Of a stretch of DNA of 8,233 nucleotides, positions 1-7,386 are shown piece after piece (within the stretch, counting starts at the first letter, position 1; every line of letters begins with the position of its first letter). This stretch comes from Azolla caroliniana. Taxonomy: Eukaryota > Plantae > Polypodiophyta. The stretch covers positions 1 to 8,233 of the forward strand of contig JBHGNT010001455.1 of the NCBI GenBank assembly GCA_043228905.1, read 5' to 3'. The position numbers and the translations under genes were made by a program. The notes beneath the pieces are model-generated. The model was given only the letters and a program-made list of their open reading frames with translations. It did no database searches and was not told the DNA's origin.

Positions 1-78
1 CGGGAGAAACTCAAACAGATGAAGATACATCTCAGTTCATATGAGCCAGGCGGGCAAAGAAAAACACTTTGTCCCATG
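1..78 (+). CDS. TWINKLE: Twinkle exon 1 in window (5'-truncated): REKLKQMKIHLSSYEPGGQRKTLCPM
   Basis: Open frame 1 with the first Zn-finger Cys; donor GTTTGT at 79, phase 0. Confidence 0.88.
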
Positions 79-3000
79 GTTTGTGCAATTACTCCCTGAC
101 ATTACATTGTTTTTGACAGTTATTTCATGCTTTTACCAATTAAGTTTCTGAGAATTGTTTCTAGTGTGGAGGGGGACAATCTGGTGAGCGGAGCCTTTCT
201 GTCCATATATCTGATGATGGGTGAGTATTGTTCCTTTGCTTACTCTAAACATTGTAATACCTATCTATTAAATGATCATATTCTGGATGTCATGTTTTAG
301 CTACTTTGCAAAATGGAACTGTTTTCGAGGAAAATGTGGCTGGAAAGGCTATACTGAGGTAAACAAGAAGAAACTCTTCTTTGTCAATATTGTAGTATGA
401 CATAACATCTTACTTATGTGTCTTTACAGACAAGGAAGGGTATGCGAGCAAGTTATGAAGAACGAAAATCTTTTGGAGAAGTAAAAAAGGGGCCCATTGA
501 AGAAGGCGTCCATCTACAAGATCTATCACCAGCGGTATGCTGTGGAAAATATGATATTAACTTGTTGACATGTGCTGATGTATCTGTTTTGGGAGCAAGG
601 AAGACTTATGTACCTGCATAGGATTGTTAGGTAGTCATTAGTTGTTTCATGTATTAATGTTGTGACTCTTATCCCAGCTCATTGCTTATATCTTTGTTCA
701 CATGCTTGTAAAGTGTGATGTGCTATTAATCCATTGCTTTCATGTTCTGACTTGTACATCGGATATCTCTCTTGGACAGTTGTTCTATGGTTACAATATA
801 AACCACTGTGCATTTATTCTATGAGGCTGTTCTTTTAGACCCAATCTTCATGATTACCAATACCAGATGATCTCGAGACAACTTGGATATTTTGCTTTCA
901 AAGGAGAGATGCTGTAATTATAGACATAATTTTCTTGTACAATTGCTTGTATTTGGAAGATTCTAGGTAGTGAGATTGCTTCCACAGCTACTCTAGTAAA
1001 TGTATGGGCATGAGCTCATTTGTACCCTGAGTCAATGAGATGCTTCTGTTGGATCACCAAGGATGAGACGAAAAAAGGCAGATTGTTGAGTATAATGGCA
1101 CAGGAGTACTCCATTGTATGTTTATGGAAGGCCCTTTAACACTATAAGTCTCTTAAGAGCTTCTAGGACATATTTGGGTCACTTGGCCAATATGAATTGG
1201 GTCAATTTCCCTAAAGTCACATTCTAATAAAACAACATTCTTTTGACCCTATAACATTTTAACTTGGGGGTTTCAAAAACCTATGCATATCTTCTCCCTC
1301 TTCTTCGCTATTTTCTCTGTATCTCAGCCATTTTCTCTCCTGTCATTCTTGTTCCAAAACCACCACTACATAAATGAATTGGTCTTGATCTCCTCTTTTC
1401 AATTGGTATCAAAGCTAAGCTATATCTCTTGCAACAGAAGTCCACAATCAAAAGAGTGTTATTGCTGATTCAATTCCCCAAGGACATGGAGGTTCTTGGA
1501 GAATTCCCATCACTTGAACAAGGAGGCTCCTTGACCACTGGCTGAAGAAATTATTGATATGAGAATTATGCTGCATGGCAATCTGATTGTTTTGGACAGT
1601 TTATATTCTGCCCCATTTCCTAACGTAAAATGATATGTAGACTTAAAATTGTTCATATGGACGTATTGAAAATAATAGTTTGCTGATATTAGAATTAATG
1701 CTGTAGCAACAAACTTATTTTCGTAACCGAGGGATAACAATAGAGACCTTGAATCGCAATGGAGTAAAACAACAACGTAAAGGTGAAAATGTAAGTGAAG
1801 CTCATTTAATTTTCCAACCATGCTTAGTGTGCTATATTTCCTTTCGTCTCATTTAATTAATGGGCACTCTAATAAATTTTACTGTTTCTTAATTGCTAGA
1901 GCATGCTTGTATTCCCTTATCGAGAAGTTGGGGAAGTTGTTGGCTTCCGAAACTATACATGCCACCTAAATTTCGAAGAGGTTGGTATCTTAATAACTTT
2001 GTGTACAGAGAGAGGCAGAGAATGGAAATGTTATATTAACATCTTTGTACCAAAGTGACATGTTAGACCAATAGTTACATCCATGTGAATCATATAGAAT
2101 TCTTGTAAGATAAAGCAAAAATGAGATTGATTATAAACTATGTAGCTTTCCTATTTAACTAGGCCATGATCAATGTACATTGATATAGGAATTGTGTGTA
2201 TAAGTAGTGGAAGTATATGATATACAAATTAAATAAATACATATCTAAGAGGTAGAATGTGAATGGACCAGTCCTTGAGTGCTTGAAATGTATTTGTGCT
2301 GTTCTACTCTGAGCATACATCGTGCCATTCCCAGAATGGTCTGATCATGCCATTTTACTACCACAGTCTGTTGAGGATTAAACGGAGCTGTTAGCTGCTT
2401 TTCAAGTGAACCACCTAGAGAATTATGCTCAATCTCTGGCCACGATACTACATCGTCTATGCAATAATCCCTGCATCCATGGGCACCTAGATAAACCATA
2501 TTAACTGCTTGGTTAAGCAATAGCTTTAGGGCTCAGGCTCACAACAACATTGGGCTAAGTGATCAATGAAATAAATGGAGGTCCTAGGGTAAGTGCTTAT
2601 GACAAGGGGCCCAAAAGCAATTTTTTCATAGAACAAAAAAAAAGTTAGATAGCCAATTAAGAGTAAATATGTGGGGCAGAAATTGGCCAAGAATGTAACA
2701 ATAAGGAAACAAAAGGATATGAAGAGAAAATCAGTTTCTGATGTGGAGATGGACAGAAATGGTAGTTGCAGGACTCTACTATAATGTACACAATGAATCA
2801 TTATGGTGTCAATGAAAGAGAAGAACACTAGGAGTGTATAAAAAGGGGGATAATTCATAGCCATATCTCGAAGCCTAAAGTAAAAAATTCCCTCATTTTG
2901 TTTTTATATTCAGTCGTGAAATGTGTTTTTCCTGAGAAAAATGTCTTATAGATATGCTTCTGTTTGCTACTCTCAGCTTGCAAATGAGCTATACGTAAAG

Positions 3001-5552
3001 TATACTTTCCGTGTTCAGCTCCATGATTAAAATGTTAGAATATGCTGTTTCCATGATTTTATATATGTAAATGTACATAATTCTTGTACTTCCATTTCTT
3101 TAGTTAGGGTTTAGGGTTTATGATTTACATTTTAAGATGTAATATATTATTTGGGCTTGTAGTCCATTTTAGCTTCTTAAAAGACACTAACATGTTTTTT
3201 TCTTTCTAGGAAGTAACTACTCGCAAAATTCTTTATGGACTTGATGATATCAAGGATGGAATTGAGATCATTATTGTAAGCGTCCTATCCCAATCATTTT
3301 AAGAAACCAGATTATGTCTTTTGAAGATCTTGTTCCAGGTTGCACGAGAAGTTGATAAGCTAGCACTAGAGGAAGCTGGATTTCTGAACTGTGTGAGTGT
3401 ACCTCATGTACCACATGGTGCACAAACAAAAGCTATTGATAAGAAATCTAAATCTGAGGTGTGTAATCTATCATTTATATTTCCTTTTGAAATTCCTTAA
3501 GTAGTTATAGCATATGACATATGTGTCTATGATATCACAGTTCTGATTTTTATTGGCTTATTTCCGTATTGTATCATAGGATAAGGATTTTGAGTACCTC
3601 TGGAACTGTCAAGAATATTTGGTGAAGGTATGTTTATTACCTTTAATAATTACCATGTATATGAAAAATGTATTTATGTGCATATGCTATTGTGCTATCT
3701 TTTGGTACAGGCTAGTAGAATTATTCTGGCAACTGGTTCAGACGATTATCTCAAAAGCCTTGCAGAGGAGCTTGCACGACGCATTGGCCGGGAGAGGTTA
3801 GTAGTGCAAATGAATCACTTTCTGCTATTGGATATGCAGACACATTTCTGTTTTGAATTTCTAGGATCTTGAGTTATTATTCTTGTGGTCAGTAAACTTT
3901 TTAGTTAATGTTTCAAAATTAGATGCTGGCGTGTAAATTGGCCACTATATAAAGCTGGGGTGCCATGCAAAGATCCTCTTGAGGTTTCATTCTGTAGATA
4001 ATCAAAAATTTTATTCCAAAGGGTGAATAGTGCCACATTCTTACATGTGCATGTTTTTGGGCTGATATACTAGGTGCTACAATTCAAGGGACGTAAAGCA
4101 TTATCTGATATGATCGAGACTTCTGAGCTATATCCAATCCGGGGCCTCTTCCAGTTTTGCGACTTTGATAAAGAAATAGATGATTACTATCATGAACGAT
4201 CAGGGAATGAGCAAGGTGTCTCAACTGGTTGGAAGTCATTGGACTCTTTGTATAAGGTAATTATATTATAGCCCGAATAGCCGTCCTCTTATTCTCTGGA
4301 AGCACAGGTTAACTAACATAATGGATGATGATTAGTCTGAAAATGCCTTTGGGTTTCAGTATTTCTTTAAAGAGCCGAAGCATTTCCGAGTACTCAATGG
4401 TTCATCAGATCTCAAAATGTTCCAACTATATTTACTCTGTCACAGCATTATTTTCTCTGAATACCCTGAATTCCTCTAAGTTGTCATCATTTCCCCGAAT
4501 ATGTCTGTTCAATTGAGAAAGAGAAAAAGGGAATAAATTTACCATGTAATTGGGTTAAATAGCATATATTATTTACAAAGAAAGAAGGAAAGATATATTA
4601 ACGTCTCTTAAGAGGCCAAAATGGCCTATAAGACCAAACAAAAGATTACATCTTTAGAGAAAAGGAGTTAGTTTCCCGTATAATTAGTCAAACAGCACAT
4701 TTAATTGCTTGAGCAAGGGATTTCCAGTTAGGTGTTATGTAATGTATAAGTATTGCTTTTGAATTTCCAAAAGAAGTAAATCAATATTTAAATCTGAAAG
4801 CAAGTTCAATCACAAGAATTTTACTCACAGTGCAATCCTCTTTATTCAGATTATTGCAACCAAGAATTGCATTTATTTAAGCATATATTAAGATTGGGGG
4901 AGAATAAAATGTCAATTGCTGTAGGTTGTTCCAGGGGAACTTACACTGATTACGGGAGTACCTAGTTCAGGGAAGAGCGAATGGATCGATGCACTTTTAT
5001 GCAATTTGAATAGGCAGAAGAATTGGTCATTTGCTTTATGCTCAATGGAGAATCAGGTATTTTAATATGCAAAACTTAGTAGAAGAAATTGGTCAGTTAC
5101 AAGCTGACAGCAGAGAGCAAGTGCACAATATTACTTATATGGCATATTGCTTATTCTAGAGTCAGTATTTCAAACACTGTATATTCTTTTTACAACACAT
5201 GAAGTTCATTTTATTTATGTTCTTCGTAAATTCTCTCGCTGAAGTTCTGTGAATCCACGCTTATTTGATCAAACTCATTGTTATATTGTTTCAATATTTC
5301 TAATCTAAGGTGAAAGAGCATGGAAGGAAGCTTCTTGAGAAATATTTGAGGAAGCCATTCTTTAATGCTATGTGGGTACTGCAGCCTAAAAGGCTGAATT
5401 TATTTCCCCATATCTTAGAATCATGTTCATAGTCATAACGTGTTTCATCTTGAAGGAATGCCTCTCAGGTACTCAAATGGCATTAAAAGGATGAGCGCAA
5501 AAGATTATGAGCTTGGAAAAGCTTGGTTGGATAAAACTTTCTATTTGATAAG
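1..5552 (+). CDS. TWINKLE: Twinkle-like organellar DNA primase-helicase (T7 gp4 family), spliced and partial at both ends. Exons: <1-78, 165-220, 301-358, 430-534, 1707-1790, 1900-1980, 3210-3275, 3339-3458, 3580-3627, 3711-3796, 3923-3983, 4074-4256, 4925-5056, 5310-5371, 5469-5552; continues beyond the window
   Basis: Manual splicing at GT..AG sites gives one open frame with consistent intron phases. Motifs: LCPMCGGG..WNCFRGKCGWKG (Zn-binding), ILYGLDDI, LEEAGFLNCVSVP, YLWNC, LAEELARRIGRERCWRVNWP, GVSTGWKSLD, VVPGELTLITGVPSSGKSEWIDA (Walker A, 4955-4978), FALCSMEN. Order and wording match plant Twinkle as recalled. Confidence 0.95.
165..220 (+). CDS. TWINKLE: Twinkle exon 2: CGGGQSGERSLSVHISDDG
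   Basis: tttctAG acceptor and GTGAGT donor; completes CxxC. Confidence 0.92.
301..358 (+). CDS. TWINKLE: Twinkle exon 3: YFAKWNCFRGKCGWKGYTE
   Basis: ttttAG acceptor and GTAAAC donor; second Cys pair of the Zn-binding domain. Confidence 0.93.
430..534 (+). CDS. TWINKLE: Twinkle exon 4: TRKGMRASYEERKSFGEVKKGPIEEGVHLQDLSPA
   Basis: ttacAG acceptor and GTATGC donor; 105 nt, phase 0/0; variable linker ending in an EE..L..L pattern. Confidence 0.82.
1071..1584 (+). mobile_element. Degenerate Ty1/copia-type LTR retrotransposon remnant: PPT-like (1071-1083), putative LTR TG..CA (1084-1401), tRNA-iMet PBS (1404-1415), gag N-terminal relic (1486-1584)
   Basis: AAAAAAGGCAGAT-TGTTG resembles the AAAAAGGGGGAGAT-TG PPT/LTR junction. 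TTTTCA-AT-TGGTATCAAAGC is an 11/12 match to the PBS TGGTATCAGAGC. The downstream frame reads MEVLGEFPSLEQGGSLTTG*RNY*YENYAAWQS, like copia gag EGGS...NY..W. Confidence 0.55.
1707..1790 (+). CDS. TWINKLE: Twinkle exon 5: QQTYFRNRGITIETLNRNGVKQQRKGEN
   Basis: ctgtAG acceptor and GTAAGT donor; YF..R.I..ETL.RN.V.Q primase motif. Confidence 0.9.
1900..1980 (+). CDS. TWINKLE: Twinkle exon 6: SMLVFPYREVGEVVGFRNYTCHLNFEE
   Basis: gctAG acceptor and GTTGGT donor; 81 nt; aligns to IAFxYxxxGxLVxCKYR..K.F.Q of homologs, but diverged. Confidence 0.82.
2311..2400 (-). mobile_element. Copia-type integrase core fragment (degenerate)
   Basis: KQLTAPFNPQQTVVVKWHDQTILGMARCML aligns without gaps to the copia motif T.PY.PQQNGVAERKNRTL.EMARSML; the catalytic E is lost. 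Confidence 0.65.
3104..3120 (+). repeat. Short plant telomere-like tract TTAGGG-TTTAGGG-TTTA
   Basis: Direct reading: ttagggtttagggttta. Confidence 0.6.
3127..3207 (+). mobile_element. LINE 3'-tail copy (highly 5'-truncated) abutting the exon 7 acceptor
   Basis: 3134-3185 matches the reverse complement of 4603-4654 at 43/52 positions without gaps (hand count). Shares ACATTTTAAGAT with 7300-7311. Confidence 0.75.
3210..3275 (+). CDS. TWINKLE: Twinkle exon 7: EVTTRKILYGLDDIKDGIEIII
   Basis: tttctAG acceptor and GTAAGC donor; YGLDDI motif. Confidence 0.93.
3339..3458 (+). CDS. TWINKLE: Twinkle exon 8 (TOPRIM start): VAREVDKLALEEAGFLNCVSVPHVPHGAQTKAIDKKSKSE
   Basis: ttccAG acceptor and GTGTGT donor; DKL..EEAGF.NCVSVP motif. 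Confidence 0.92.
3580..3627 (+). CDS. TWINKLE: Twinkle exon 9: DKDFEYLWNCQEYLVK
   Basis: catAG acceptor and GTATGT donor; YLWNC..YL motif. Confidence 0.92.
3711..3796 (+). CDS. TWINKLE: Twinkle exon 10: ASRIILATGSDDYLKSLAEELARRIGRE(R)
   Basis: tacAG acceptor and GTTAGT donor, phase 2. Confidence 0.93.
3923..3983 (+). CDS. TWINKLE: Twinkle exon 11: CWRVNWPLYKAGVPCKDPLE
   Basis: attAG acceptor and GTTTCA donor; CWRVxWP motif. Confidence 0.9.
4074..4256 (+). CDS. TWINKLE: Twinkle exon 12 (linker): VLQFKGRKALSDMIETSELYPIRGLFQFCDFDKEIDDYYHERSGNEQGVSTGWKSLDSLYK
   Basis: ctAG acceptor and GTAATT donor; YPI.GLF and G.STGW..LD motifs. Confidence 0.94.
4577..4657 (-). mobile_element. LINE 3'-tail copy, inverted, with hairpin and (CTTT)-like terminus
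   Basis: Reverse complement aagatgtaatcttttgtttggtcttataggccattttggcctct matches 7307-7350 at 40/44 positions, then continues ttaatatatctttccttctttcttt. Confidence 0.8.
4925..5056 (+). CDS. TWINKLE: Twinkle exon 13 (helicase H1/H1a): VVPGELTLITGVPSSGKSEWIDALLCNLNRQKNWSFALCSMENQ
   Basis: tgtAG acceptor and GTATTT donor; Walker A GxxxxGKS and SMEN. Confidence 0.95.
5310..5371 (+). CDS. TWINKLE: Twinkle exon 14: VKEHGRKLLEKYLRKPFFNA(M)
   Basis: ctaAG acceptor and GTGGGT donor, phase 2; RKLLEK...KPFF motif. Confidence 0.88.
5469..5552 (+). CDS. TWINKLE: Twinkle exon 15: YSNGIKRMSAKDYELGKAWLDKTFYLI(R)
   Basis: tctcAG acceptor and GTATGA donor; RMS......GK.WL..TF..IR motif. Confidence 0.92.
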
Positions 5553-6039
5553 GTATGAAACACTATCATTTGGTAATCATGTTTGACTTGCATGTCTCAG
5601 CGTGATATTGTTGAACGTTTTGCTTTACCTCTCTTCTATATTCTGTAATTTTTTTGTTTGTGTTTTGAACAAAGGTCACATCTTATATTAATTTCATTTG
5701 AAAATCTTCTCTTCTATTTTGCTATCTATCTTCTATCTTCCATAATTCCTAAACTTCTCAATAGAGAAATTATCTTCAATGTGGATAGATGAAAGTAAAT
5801 AGATACATGTAAACAATCGTCAATGGTCATAACCTGATGCACTAGGGATATCTAGCTTATTATCTTATTTAAGAAGTGGTCTTGATATTTAGAGATGAAT
5901 GTAACGAGGCCTTCTGTTCCAGCTCTTGTATATGGAACTACCGAAAATTGTAAGTGCATGTATACATATCATTCCTGTAATATGAACCTGTCATTCATGA
6001 AAGAAATCATATAAATATGCTTGAATCTAAATAATGTGC

Positions 6040-7261
6040 ACTCTTCTCTAAGCAACAGAGATTTGGGGACTGGGCTTTTATAGGGCATGTAACTGGCAGA
6101 TCTGGGGAGACCTTTAGTCTTGTCATTAAGGACCAAAGCATCAGTGCTTCATCATATATCCACCCAGAGTTACTCCAAACCCCAATATTGAGCAAGGCAT
6201 TATTCCAATCAGTGACTAGTATCCAATGTATCTGGGAGCTCCCTAAGCCAAGGTAATGGAGTTGGTACTTATGCCATAAAATTTGCTTGCTGAACATGAG
6301 ATTAATCATTTGGTTTCAGTCACATGGCATAAGTATAAACCCAGTGCTTCCATTCCACTATAGATTGGATTGTCCATACCTAAAGATGATCAAAGTGGAA
6401 AAGAATAGAGTGATTTGAACTGATGTCGTTAAATAAGATCGTGAAAGAACATGGATTAACCCCATACTATATCTTGGTATGAAGATGTTCTACTATAAGG
6501 ACTCAATTTACACATGTTGCAAGATGGATTTATAATTAGGTCTTGTATGGATACACATCTATGGCTGCTCAAGACCTCTTCATCGGGTAGACCTTGAGAT
6601 AGGCAGATAATCTATTGTAGAATGATTACACAAATTGTGCTATTGGGCAACGGGGATGGAAGGAACATTTTTCTACCATTGTGCTATTTATGAGATAAGA
6701 GGGAAATACAACTACCTCATTAAACAACTCTTTTTTGCTCCATTATACAAGGTGATATTATATGAAGACCAATGGTGATTGGGATTGTTCTTACAACCAC
6801 AACAAATCATCAATAAAGCACTATCATGACTTTTTGTAGCTCCATCACTCCCCATGCTACAAGTCAAAGAAGGGCTGCATAGGTGGGGTCTCAACCAAGA
6901 TATTCGAAAGGGATTGCAGTAGATTGGGTAGTAGAAATGTCTCATGTATGAAGGCCACAAACATCTAGACCACAATCATGTTACCCTTGTCATTGTCAAA
7001 TATGGCCATTATCACCCGGCATCAAAGGTGCTTCCCTTGGAGGTTTCTCTATACTGGACTCAAATCACGTTGGATATTCTGAAGGCTATCTAACTTTAGA
7101 ATCTTAGTTACTTATATTTTTTAGTAACCTATGTTTAATCATTCTTTCTTGGTTTTCTGTTCACAAAATCTACACAACATTTTAATATGTAATCTTTTAC
7201 TCAATCTTATAAGCCATTCTGACCTCTTCAAAGATGTTAATGTATATAAATTTTCTTTCTT
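6040..7261 (+). mobile_element. Old, 5'-truncated non-LTR retrotransposon copy A (post-RT part of the ORF, 3' UTR and tail)
   Basis: TLL*ATEIWG motif (6040-6069). Colinear with copy B from ~6200 to ~7040, e.g. 24-nt identity 6391-6414 = 7604-7627. Many stops and indels; ends in a tail at 7175-7261. Confidence 0.85.
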
Positions 7262-7386
7262 GATAAAACTAATCTTATGCTGTTCTGAAAGATGAGACAA
7301 CATTTTAAGATATAATCTCTTGTTTGGTCTTAGAGGCCATTTTTGCCTCTAAAACAATGTTAATATATCTTTCTTTCTTTCTTTCT
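7262..7386 (+). mobile_element. Second short LINE 3'-tail unit ending in (CTTT)4CT
   Basis: Diverged direct repeat of 7157-7261; microsatellite at 7369-7386; 5' boundary approximate. Confidence 0.75.

Noticed and set aside
1283-1468. 61-aa + strand ORF
   Set aside because: Low-complexity translation of the CT-rich putative LTR/PBS region; no protein motif.
1472-1505. 14-bp imperfect hairpin (AATTCCCCAAGGAC / GTTCTTGGAGAATT)
   Set aside because: Too short for a miRNA precursor; a single instance overlapping the gag relic start, possibly chance.
1510-1821. 103-aa minus-strand ORF
   Set aside because: Antisense to Twinkle exon 5 and intron sequence; no recognisable domain.
2526-2864. 112-aa hydrophobic minus-strand ORF
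   Set aside because: The Phe/Leu/Ile bias follows from the A-rich + strand; no motif or splice support.
3619-3872. ORF-track calls 3619-3801 and 3630-3872 as standalone genes
   Set aside because: One is out of frame; the other is exon 10 with intron read-through.
4325-4469. Possible intronic C/D snoRNA (ATGATGA at 4325, CTGA near 4457/4466) and the 63-aa ORF here
   Set aside because: No convincing terminal stem or recognisable rRNA guide; these short boxes are frequent by chance. A snoRNA scan would be needed.
5893-5949. AG...GTAAGT-bounded candidate next Twinkle exon
   Set aside because: No frame resembles the expected CE..LP.I.WVL helicase segment.
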